DNA of 64,000 bases from Gemmatales bacterium (GTDB lineage: Bacteria > Planctomycetota > Planctomycetia > Gemmatales > HRBIN36): NCBI GenBank assembly GCA_041640595.1, contig JBEPZY010000001.1, forward strand, positions 1,026,657-1,090,656, given 5' to 3'. Shown here one piece after another: positions 16,951-28,785 of this stretch; position 1 is the stretch's first letter, and each line of letters opens with the position of its first letter. A program made the position numbers and the translations under genes. The notes beneath the pieces are model-generated. The model had not been told where the DNA came from. It saw only the letters and a list, made by a program, of their open reading frames with translations, and did not search any database.

Positions 16951-18522
16951 ATGAGCCGACGCATTGCCATTTACGACACCACACTACGCGACGGCAGCCA
17001 GGGAGAAGGAGTGAACTTTTCCCTGCAGGACAAAATCCTCATCGCCCGGAAACTCGACGAACTGGGCGTGGATTACATCGAAGGCGGCTATCCTTACTCC
17101 AATCCGAAAGATGCCGACTTTTTCGATGAGATTCGCCGCATTCCGTTGCAACATGCTCGCATTTGCGCATTTGGCATGACGCGGCGTCGCAATTGCCGGC
17201 CCGAAGACGATCCCGGCTTACATGCGCTTCTGGCCTCGCAGGCCCCCATTGTAACCATCGTTGGCAAAACCTGGGACCTGCACGTGGAGCAAGTGCTGGG
17301 GGTGTCGCTGGACGAAAACCTGCGGATGATCCGCGAAAGCATTGCCTACCTGCGCAGCCAGGGGCGCACCGTTTTTTACGATGCCGAACATTTTTTCGAT
17401 GGCCTGCACAGCAACCGCGACTACGCCCTGCAAACCATTCGCGTTGCCGAAGACGCTGGCGCCACTTGTATTATTCTGTGCGATACCAATGGCGGCTCGC
17501 TGCCGGACCGCATTGCGGAGTATGTGCGGCTGGCGCGGCAGGCCGTACACACCGAACTCGGCATCCATTGCCACAATGATAGCGATGTGGCCGTGGCCAA
17601 TTCCCTGGCCGCTGTTGATGCCGGCGTTTCCCAGGTGCAGGGCACGATCAACGGCATCGGTGAACGTTGCGGTAACGCCGACCTCATCAGTATCATTGCC
17701 AACCTCGCATTGAAGAAAGGCTACGAAGTGCTGCGCCCCGGCAGCCTGCGCAAACTCACGGAAGTCTCTCGCTATGTGTACGAAACCGCCAACATGAACT
17801 ATCGCAACAATCAACCTTTCGTGGGAATTAGCGCCTTTGCCCACAAGGGCGGGATGCACGTGCACGCGGTGGTGAGAAACACGGCAACCTACGAACACAT
17901 TGACCCTTCGCTGGTCGGTAACGAACGGCGAATCCTGATCAGCGAGCTTTCCGGTCGGAGTAACATCGCCGCCAAGACCAGCCGTTTAGGTTTGCAGCTC
18001 GACGAAACCCTGCTGCGCCGTGTGCTTGAGCGCATTTGTGAGCTGGAGAACCAGGGCTACGAATTCGAAGCGGCCGAAGCTTCGTTCGACCTACTGGTGC
18101 GCAAGCTGGCCGGGCTGTACCAGCCGTGGTTTGAGCGGCTCCATTACCATGTCACCGTGGAAGCCGACAGTGCCGGTCGGCTGGTCAGCGAAGCGACTGT
18201 CAAGCTACGGGTTCGGGGCGAAGTGCAACATGTCGTCGCTGAGGGCGATGGCCCGGTCAACGCACTGGACGCAGCATTGCGTAAGGCCCTGGAGCCGTAT
18301 TTTCCCAAACTCAAAGAGATGCGGCTGATGGATTACAAGGTGCGGGTAGTCAACTCCAGGGCCGGTACCGCCGCCCGGGTCCGCGTCGTCATCGAGTCCG
18401 GCGACAAAGACGATGTTTGGGGCACCGTCGGCGTCAGCGAAAATATCATCGAGGCCAGCTGGCAAGCACTCGTGGATAGCTTCGAATACAAACTGTACAA
18501 AGAGGCGAACAAGTCGCGCTGA
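16951..18522 (+). CDS. cimA: (R)-citramalate synthase (LeuA/CimA family, long form)
   Basis: N-terminus MSRRIAIYDTTLRDGSQGEGVNFSLQDKILIARKLDELGVDYIEGGYPYSNPKD and about 523 aa length match the CimA-type (TIGR00977-like) branch as I recall it. A C-terminal LeuA-dimer-like regulatory domain is present. Confidence 0.8.
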   Translation: MSRRIAIYDTTLRDGSQGEGVNFSLQDKILIARKLDELGVDYIEGGYPYSNPKDADFFDEIRRIPLQHARICAFGMTRRRNCRPEDDPGLHALLASQAPIVTIVGKTWDLHVEQVLGVSLDENLRMIRESIAYLRSQGRTVFYDAEHFFDGLHSNRDYALQTIRVAEDAGATCIILCDTNGGSLPDRIAEYVRLARQAVHTELGIHCHNDSDVAVANSLAAVDAGVSQVQGTINGIGERCGNADLISIIANLALKKGYEVLRPGSLRKLTEVSRYVYETANMNYRNNQPFVGISAFAHKGGMHVHAVVRNTATYEHIDPSLVGNERRILISELSGRSNIAAKTSRLGLQLDETLLRRVLERICELENQGYEFEAAEASFDLLVRKLAGLYQPWFERLHYHVTVEADSAGRLVSEATVKLRVRGEVQHVVAEGDGPVNALDAALRKALEPYFPKLKEMRLMDYKVRVVNSRAGTAARVRVVIESGDKDDVWGTVGVSENIIEASWQALVDSFEYKLYKEANKSR

Positions 18523-18562
18523 GGTGAGTAATTTTGTCGGCTCCTGATGGGAGACGCTCGCC

Positions 18563-21478
<2,916 letters not shown>

Positions 21479-21499
21479 CTCCGGTCAGGATAGCCTTGC

Positions 21500-23647
21500 C
21501 TACTTGCCGCGCGTGCGGAGATGGAAACGGTCAGCAGCGCCGGCACGGTGATACGCTTCCAGAGCAGGGCGAAAAATGGCTCGGATTTGCTCTTCGCTCA
21601 GCTCGGAGCCGTCGGCCGAAACGGGATGGAAGATTTCGAGAGGTCGTGGTGCCAGCAACGTCATCAGTTCTGGCAGATCGTAATGACGCAGTGCACCGGG
21701 CACCACATTGGCTAGCTGGCCGATACTGATTCGCTCGCGGATAATCGTTTCCCAGGAAGCCAGCATGTCCGCGAGGATCAGACTGTCCACTTTGGGCGCA
21801 AGCACAGCAGCATGCAGAACAATTGGCCCGCAACGTCCCAGCCCCACCAGCTGGACAGGGCGATGAGGAAACTCCTGACGTAGCGCTTCTGTCACACTCA
21901 CCACGTCCCAGGCACGCTGTCCGAGTAGCGGCCGATTCAAGTGCAAGGCGAGGAACGCCTCACGCCAATCCGGGCCCACCATATCCATGCTGCCGGGTTT
22001 GGCCTTCGGCAGCGCAGTCATGCCGCGCGGAACCATGGCCCAGACGGTGCCATTCAACCGCTGTCCTATTCCACTTCCCTCTTTCAACAAATCCGCCAGC
22101 TGGGCTTCGCTTTCGACCACGCACACGGTCAATGGGCCATCTTGCGAGGAACCTACCAGTTGCAGCGACACGGTAATGCCTGGCTCGGTCTCCAAAAGCC
22201 GGCGAGTTCCACCAGTCCGAACCGAGACGGTTTTAGCTGGCGTCACTTCTCGCCAGGCCAGGAGGTTTGCCAGTATCTTTCGCCGTGCCTCGGCCGGTTG
22301 TTTCAGCCAGTCTGCTCTGAGCTGGCGACAACGGTCTGCTTCCTGGCGACAGATATCGAAAACCGAAACCCCTTTCAGGTCTGCCAGCACCTGGCCGGTT
22401 TTGGTGCATTGCAACTGAGCATCTGTGAAGACCGGAAAATCAGGTTCCGTAGCGGCATCATCTTTTCCCTGCAACCAGCGGCGCATCCAGCGAAGCATAG
22501 CCTCCCGCTGACCCTTGTGGAAGCCGTGTTTGGTGGGGAATTCGGCCAGCTCCACACGCTCCGGAAACCCCAGCAAGCCGTAGAGTCGCTTGGCTTCGCG
22601 GAAAGTTTCCCAGCTGCCGCGAATGTCGAAATAGTCATAGGTGGCTGTCAACACCAGGGTCGGTTTCGGAGCACGCAAGGTGATGTAGTCGGCGTGGTCA
22701 AGTCCGAAGGCCACCTGGCCGGGGATATTTTGTTCGGCATCCTGTGGGCCGATAGTTTCAAACAACCGTTCCAGGGAGGTGATGTAACACGACGGAGCTG
22801 CCGCCAGGATGCGGTCATCCAGTGCCATCAGGTATGCCGTTAGCGTGCCCCCGCCGGAGTTTCCCGTACATCCCAGACGATGGGCATCTACTTCGGGTCG
22901 GCTGGAGAGATAATCGAGTGCACGTATGCCATCCCAGATGCGAAACGTGGCAGTATTCCAGCCAACCAGCAGCGCCGCGATACCGCTAAGCGTGTGTTCC
23001 GTGGTGCTGGAGCGGATGCGGGGTTTGCCTTCATCATCGAGAATCTGATAACGTTCACCCTGGCCGATCGGGTCGTAGCAAAGCACAACGAAACCGTGTT
23101 TGGCCAGCGAAATACATGCCCGCTGGTATGCCTCGGCTGCCTTGCCATTGGCGCTATGCCCGCAGGGAAGCAGAACGCCAGGGAATGGCCCTTGGCCCTC
23201 CGGCACATAAAGCGCTGCGGTAACGTGGTGCCCCGGCCGACTCTCAAAAATCACCTTCTCCACTCGGAAACCAACGCCGGTCAGCGTGCCGGTTACCTGC
23301 GGGCGAAGCGGTGTCTTGTCTGGAAAACCACCGAGAGCCGCCACGAATTGTTTCCGCAGGCGATCTTGCCGCTGGCGGATTTGTTCCGCCGACTGCAACT
23401 GTTCTATTTCCTGGCGCCGATGCTGAAAGTGCTTGCGACACTCGCTGAGCAAAAAGTCGTAAAGCTGTTTGCGAGAGTCAACTGCCTCATTTTGCTCAGC
23501 CAGCGAAGTCCAGACCGGAAGCTGCACACTCAGCGCTAGGGCAACCAATGCCAGGAACCAGCGGGAAGCGAGTGTTGATCTGGGCTCCAGTCGGGCAAAC
23601 CGTTTTCGACACCGTAGGCTCACCGCTGTTCTCAGTTGGGCAGGCAT
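21500..23647 (-). CDS. secreted alpha/beta-hydrolase (acetyl-xylan-esterase/dienelactone-hydrolase-like) with C-terminal extra domain
   Basis: Signal-like N-terminus and nucleophile elbow GCTGNSGGG. The sequence FPGVLLPCGHSANGK...VVLCYDPIGQGER is typical of this fold. Confidence 0.7.
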   Translation of the reverse strand: MPAQLRTAVSLRCRKRFARLEPRSTLASRWFLALVALALSVQLPVWTSLAEQNEAVDSRKQLYDFLLSECRKHFQHRRQEIEQLQSAEQIRQRQDRLRKQFVAALGGFPDKTPLRPQVTGTLTGVGFRVEKVIFESRPGHHVTAALYVPEGQGPFPGVLLPCGHSANGKAAEAYQRACISLAKHGFVVLCYDPIGQGERYQILDDEGKPRIRSSTTEHTLSGIAALLVGWNTATFRIWDGIRALDYLSSRPEVDAHRLGCTGNSGGGTLTAYLMALDDRILAAAPSCYITSLERLFETIGPQDAEQNIPGQVAFGLDHADYITLRAPKPTLVLTATYDYFDIRGSWETFREAKRLYGLLGFPERVELAEFPTKHGFHKGQREAMLRWMRRWLQGKDDAATEPDFPVFTDAQLQCTKTGQVLADLKGVSVFDICRQEADRCRQLRADWLKQPAEARRKILANLLAWREVTPAKTVSVRTGGTRRLLETEPGITVSLQLVGSSQDGPLTVCVVESEAQLADLLKEGSGIGQRLNGTVWAMVPRGMTALPKAKPGSMDMVGPDWREAFLALHLNRPLLGQRAWDVVSVTEALRQEFPHRPVQLVGLGRCGPIVLHAAVLAPKVDSLILADMLASWETIIRERISIGQLANVVPGALRHYDLPELMTLLAPRPLEIFHPVSADGSELSEEQIRAIFRPALEAYHRAGAADRFHLRTRGK

Positions 23648-24288
23648 CGTGCTGCTCCTCGGCAGGTCGGTAAGATGGAAGGGTGCGCAATGGGTGGTCT
23701 GGAGCTACATTATTGTGCGATTATGCCACTGACTACCCGACTGAGCCAGCAGGTCCGATCCTGGCTTATCGCCAAACGAAAACCGCATTGCGCCATTGGC
23801 CAGCTTACGGACGCGGCAGCAGCTGTCTCTGGTGCATACACGTGGCCCATACGACGAATGCCGGGCAACCAATGCCAGATTGAAAGGACACCTTAGCACG
23901 TAGTCGGATCGCCGGTGTTAAACGCCGTTCCGCACGCGTGAGCAGGTGGGTTGTGGACTTCTCGCATCCTGTTTTTGACCGGTTTTTGCGAAGCGATTTT
24001 TGCGCCTGTTGCGTCCTTCCGGCTTGCGACGACGCCAGAGCCAACCTAAGCTGAAATCGGAAGACCCTGCGGCGCTTGATAAACCCGGCATACCGGTCAG
24101 GGTAACCGAAGCGGTGTCAACTCGCAACTTCCTCGAAATAGCAACGTCCGGCAGCAAATATCTTGCTGGCACACGCAGCGATCCTTAGACACCGCCTCGA
24201 TGTGTGCGTCGGGCCTGGCTAACTCGACCGCACCGGCAAACGGCATGGGCTTGCTTCACAAGGGCATTTCATCGGCAGGAATATCACC

Positions 24289-25941
24289 ATGAAAAGGCAC
24301 CCAATTGTGTGGTGGGGATTATTCGCCAGCCTTTGGTTGATAGGAGAGTCGGTCAGGATGACAGATGCCCGGCTTCCGGCCGGAGATGTTTTGCCTCCAC
24401 CACAGATTGTTTCCGTGCAGCCATATACTCCGATTGCTGGTGCCCCCGTAAAAGTTATCCTGGCTCACCCCTGGGCATCTGCGCAGCTGGTACAGTTGCA
24501 GTGGCGGTGGGCAGGTTCCGAACAGTGGCAATGGCTGACCAGTTGTGAATGGCACCTGCTGCAAGCACCGCCCGAAAAACTCCATGTGCAATTTCGCGCG
24601 ACAGATGCCCACGGTCGAAGCTCGCCGGTGGTGGAATTGGTTCGCCCGACCGTTTCACCCCGGCCACTGGTTCGAGTCGTCGGAATCGAGCCACCAGAAG
24701 GCCCTGTCTATGGCCATCCGTTTGCGGTGCAGCTGGTGGCACAATCGCCCTTGCTTCGCACCATCCATACGGTTCAGTGGCGGTACCCTGGCGAAACAGC
24801 CTGGAAGACGCTGCCAGCACTGGCAGGAAAACCTCACTGGGTATGGAAACTCGCAAAAGTAACATCGCTGAAAGTATCGGTTGAGTTTCGAGCGGTGGAT
24901 GAACGCGGTGACGTTTCGTCCTCGCTGCTGGCCAGCTGGGATGTTTCTCCCTTGGTTGCATCGTTCCCTGTTGCCCAACTCGGTGGCTTGCGAGAACGAC
25001 CGTCTCTGCATGCGCTGGCGCTGGTGCCCAAAACCACCCGGCTGGTCTTTGCAGGAGATGCTGGTCTGGTTGGCTGGCTCGACTGGCAAACGGGTGAAGT
25101 GAAGCTGTGGCCGGGACATTCTGCGGAACACCCAGTTTGGGACATAGCGGCGATAACCTTGCCCGATGGCCGAATGCTTGCCCTTTCTGGAAGCCAGGAC
25201 GGCACGGCACGCCTTTGGGATGTGCAGAAACAGAAAGACGAGCGTGTCTTAACCGGAGATCCCGGATCGGTCAATGCCGTCGCTTTTTCTCCTGATGGCA
25301 AATTTTGCTTCACCGGAGACAGTAGCGGCCGGTGCACGATGTGGGAAACCGCAACCGGCAAGCAGGTAAGGGAGCTCGAAATGAGCACTGGCCCGATCTG
25401 CGTGCTGCGAGCCTGGTTGCAAAACGGCGACGTAATCCTGGCTGCTGGCGATGCCGACAAGAATGTGCACGTCTGGAACGCCAGCCAGGGTGACAGGATC
25501 GCGGTTCAGGTGGCTGACGATGAACTGGTTTGGGCCCTCGCCCACGCTTCTGGCAAAAACTTGCTGACAGGGGGCAAGTCGCCAATGGCGCGATACTGGA
25601 GAGCGCTGCTGGAAAAAGGCGCACTTCGCCTGCACAGAGAACTGTTCCCGACCCAGGAGCACGGTACAAGGCCCTGGTATGCGGACTCGAATTTCACCGC
25701 CGCTGAGTTTACGCCCGATGAAAAATTTGCCGTCACCTGCGATCGCTCTGGACGATTGATACTTTGGGAGCTTGAGGGCGGCCGGCCATTGCGGGTCATG
25801 TACCAGCCCAATCAAAACCTGTGGGAGGATCGCCGAGGGTTTAGCGATCTTGTGTTGACCGCTGACGGCGAATTCGCTTTAACCGCCGACCGCGACGGTT
25901 ATGTCCGTGTCTGGTATATAGGCGAACGGCCGGTTCGTTGA
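24289..25941 (+). CDS. WD40-repeat protein with N-terminal anchor and two tandem Ig/Y_Y_Y-like modules
   Basis: WD motifs (SGSQDGTARLWDV, TGDSSGRCTMWE, GDADKNVHVWN, ADRDGYVRVWY). Two about 95-aa repeats are present (QWRWAGSEQWQWL...VQFRATDAHGRSS and QWRYPGETAWKTL...VEFRAVDERGDVS). Confidence 0.8.
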   Translation: MKRHPIVWWGLFASLWLIGESVRMTDARLPAGDVLPPPQIVSVQPYTPIAGAPVKVILAHPWASAQLVQLQWRWAGSEQWQWLTSCEWHLLQAPPEKLHVQFRATDAHGRSSPVVELVRPTVSPRPLVRVVGIEPPEGPVYGHPFAVQLVAQSPLLRTIHTVQWRYPGETAWKTLPALAGKPHWVWKLAKVTSLKVSVEFRAVDERGDVSSSLLASWDVSPLVASFPVAQLGGLRERPSLHALALVPKTTRLVFAGDAGLVGWLDWQTGEVKLWPGHSAEHPVWDIAAITLPDGRMLALSGSQDGTARLWDVQKQKDERVLTGDPGSVNAVAFSPDGKFCFTGDSSGRCTMWETATGKQVRELEMSTGPICVLRAWLQNGDVILAAGDADKNVHVWNASQGDRIAVQVADDELVWALAHASGKNLLTGGKSPMARYWRALLEKGALRLHRELFPTQEHGTRPWYADSNFTAAEFTPDEKFAVTCDRSGRLILWELEGGRPLRVMYQPNQNLWEDRRGFSDLVLTADGEFALTADRDGYVRVWYIGERPVR

Positions 25942-26202
25942 CGTTTGGGCGTGGTTCCGGTACAATTTTTGCGATGCCTATTCAGAGATTGGTCAGGTCG
26001 CTAAATTTGGATAGGGCGCACCTGCGCAGACGGGTGAATCACTAGGGGCATGACACAAGAATTCCCTGGCGTAATGCCGGTAGGGCAGGGTTTCGAGACT
26101 AACGGGATCTCTTAGCTCGCTGAGTACAGGAATAAATACACGAGATCACGCAACCGGGGTGAGTGGCCGAGCTATTCACCTCCCAGACGGAGATCAACAG
26201 CG

Positions 26203-27441
26203 ATGGCATCTCAAGAGCGGTTGCAGCGGTTGACACGGAATGAATTGGTGGAACTGGCACGCCAACGTAAAATCCGCGGTTATTCCCGCATGACCAAAGA
26301 AGAACTGATCGCAGCCCTGACCGGTGAGCCAACCGGGGAACGGACACCGTCAAGAATTTCTCAACGGCGACAAACCACGACGCCCACCGAATCAAAGCAA
26401 ACCAGAGGCCCGCGGTCTCGCGCAGCTCGCTCGGCAGAGAAAAGTGCAGCCGATGCTTCTCAGGCTTCCTCGTCGCAAACTGGTGAAGCTATGCCAGCAC
26501 GACAACGCTCCGCAGCCAGACTTGGAGAAAGTGGAGTAGCGACCCCTGAAGAGCAGGTCGAAACCAGCAAATACGAAGTCGGTGTCCCGACGCGGGAATT
26601 GTCGCCGCAATTGCCGCGTGACCTGCCCGCAGGATATGGCGTGGATCGGCTGGTTTTGTTGGTGCGCGACCCATTCTGGCTCCATGCCTATTGGGAATTG
26701 ACCCCGGCCACAATTGAACGAGCGGCAGCTGCGCTGGGAGCAGAATGGCACGGCTCTCGACCGGCATTGCGCCTAGTGGACGTTACCAGTGGTGATAGCA
26801 CACCAACCAGCGAAACCGTCCTGCGCGACATTCCCATCAACGACCAGGCCCGCAACTGGTATATCGAGGTCAGCGATCCGCCTCGGAGTTTTCGAGTGGA
26901 CCTGGGTTACCTGACTCCTTCCGGTCGCTTCCACACGGTGTTGCGCTCCAATGTGGTGACCACCCCGCGAGCTGGCGTCAGTGAACGCATAGATGAAGCC
27001 TGGGCCGATTTGCCGGAAAACTACGAGCGTATCCTCGCTATGTCCGCTGGATTCCAACCGGGCACGAGCAGCGAAGAAGTCCGGCGTTTGATTCGGGAAC
27101 GGTTGCAGCGACCGCTGGCTTCCGGAATGCTGGCCAGCATGGCCTCCGAAGCACTGGCGCGACGGCGTGGTGCACGTGGTTTCTGGTTCCAGGTCGAAGC
27201 TGAGCTCATCGTTTACGGAGCCACCGAACCCGGTGCAAAAGTAACTCTTCAGGGGGAACCGGTTACCTTGCGGCCTGACGGTACTTTCACCGTGCGAATG
27301 GCGTTACCCAATGGCCGACAGATTATTCCCGCTGTGGCGATTTCTCCTGACGGTCTGGAAGAGCGCACCATTGTCCTCGCTGTCGAACGTAACACCAAAA
27401 CTCTCGAGCCGGTGTTACGAGAGTTAGTGACTGAAGCCTGA
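26203..27441 (+). CDS. Rho_N(SAP-like)/DUF4912 domain protein
   Basis: N-terminal LTRNELVELARQRKIRGYSRMTKEELIAAL, then a disordered S/A/R/Q-rich linker, then LVLLVRDPFWLHAYWELTP (DUF4912-like). Confidence 0.7.
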   Translation: MASQERLQRLTRNELVELARQRKIRGYSRMTKEELIAALTGEPTGERTPSRISQRRQTTTPTESKQTRGPRSRAARSAEKSAADASQASSSQTGEAMPARQRSAARLGESGVATPEEQVETSKYEVGVPTRELSPQLPRDLPAGYGVDRLVLLVRDPFWLHAYWELTPATIERAAAALGAEWHGSRPALRLVDVTSGDSTPTSETVLRDIPINDQARNWYIEVSDPPRSFRVDLGYLTPSGRFHTVLRSNVVTTPRAGVSERIDEAWADLPENYERILAMSAGFQPGTSSEEVRRLIRERLQRPLASGMLASMASEALARRRGARGFWFQVEAELIVYGATEPGAKVTLQGEPVTLRPDGTFTVRMALPNGRQIIPAVAISPDGLEERTIVLAVERNTKTLEPVLRELVTEA

Positions 27442-27643
27442 TTCCCCGGAAAGCCGCGGCAGCGCCGAGCGTCCTGATGCTCACAGCATTCAGGCGGTCA
27501 TTAGGCAATATCAAGGGAAAAGCCTGCGGAAGCTACTCATCGCCTTGATGGTATCCGTGTAACCGTCGTCAGGCTCAACACAAGAAACGCCCTTTGAACC
27601 GGCCTTGTTTACTTCGCTTTGCGTCTCTCAGCGTGTCCACAAA

Positions 27644-28702
27644 ATGCATCGCCGTGAATTTTTGAGCCTGCCCAATCTGGCCACTTCTGCTGGACATATC
27701 CTCGGCCTGGTACAAGAGGTATCCGGAGAAGATCAGGCAAAGCTCGACCAGGAACTGGTTTGGCTGCGGTTCAGTCATGCAGCTATGGCGACCACGTTTG
27801 AACTAATCGTCCCCTACGGTACGCCGAACGCTCTCGAACTGGCGGAAGCGGTCTTCGACGCTATTGACGCCGTGGAGGCCGAACTCAGTGTGTACCGCGA
27901 GGATAGTTTCGTTTCCGAACTCAACCGCCGCGCTTTCCTGGAACCAGTGCCGCTCGATGAACCCTTCCTGACATTCCTGAAAACAGCTCTCCGTTTGCAC
28001 CGCGAGACCGAAGGGGCATTCGATTGCGCCATTCATCGGCTCATCGAATGCTGGGGCTTTTTCCGCGGACCGCCCCGGGTACCCAATCCGCAGGAGCGCC
28101 AGTTCGCCTTGTCGCAAAGTGGCAGCCGCTGGGTTCAGCTTGACGAAGAACGGCGAACCGTGCGGTTTCTCCGGCCGCACCTGGCCCTGAATTTCGGCAG
28201 CATCGGCAAAGGTTACGCGCTTGACCGGGCAGCCGAGTTAATCCGCGAGCACGGCACCTGCGCGCTTCTGCAAGGCGGGCGTAGTTCGGTGCTCGCTATC
28301 GGAAACCCACCCGGCGAACCTCGGGGCTGGCACGTCGCCATTCGCCACCCACACCAGCCAGACCAGGTGCTGGCGGAAATTTATCTAAAAGATAACGCTC
28401 TCGGTACCTCCGCCGCTACATACCGGCACCTAGAATGGCAAGGCAAGCGCCTCGGCCACATCCTCGACCCGCGCACCGGCTGGCCAGCTTCCGGCATGTG
28501 GAGTGCGAGCGCTATTGCTCCCACCGCTGCCGAAGCCGATGCGCTGGCCACCGCGTTCTTTATCCTGGGCGTGGAAAAGACCGGCTTGTTTTGTCAGACC
28601 CATCCTCAGTACGCAGCCATCTTGCTGCCGGTAGATGCGCGCACTCCGCTGTTGGCCGACGAACACGGCATCACCCCGCTTCCACCCGTAACAACCGGGT
28701 AA
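27644..28702 (+). CDS. apbE: FAD:protein FMN transferase (ApbE family)
   Basis: MHRREFL Tat-like start. Also MATTFELIV, NFGSIGKGYALDRA and GHILDPRTGWPA. Confidence 0.85.
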   Translation: MHRREFLSLPNLATSAGHILGLVQEVSGEDQAKLDQELVWLRFSHAAMATTFELIVPYGTPNALELAEAVFDAIDAVEAELSVYREDSFVSELNRRAFLEPVPLDEPFLTFLKTALRLHRETEGAFDCAIHRLIECWGFFRGPPRVPNPQERQFALSQSGSRWVQLDEERRTVRFLRPHLALNFGSIGKGYALDRAAELIREHGTCALLQGGRSSVLAIGNPPGEPRGWHVAIRHPHQPDQVLAEIYLKDNALGTSAATYRHLEWQGKRLGHILDPRTGWPASGMWSASAIAPTAAEADALATAFFILGVEKTGLFCQTHPQYAAILLPVDARTPLLADEHGITPLPPVTTG

Positions 28703-28785
28703 TAATTCGCTTCCTGTGTGTGCTGGCGCTCGGCCGGGAGTCGCGCTGTTGTCCACTCCGAACCTTGTGGCCAGTGCGCGTTTCG

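Noticed and set aside
23740-23900. tmRNA, tRNA, RNase P or SRP RNA in the long intergenic regions (23648-24288, 6524-7060, 32106-32526).
   Set aside because: I found no GGTTCGAATCC-type T-loop, no GAGGAAAGTCC (RNase P), no GGAAGCAGCC-type SRP core, and no tag ORF ending in a stop codon.
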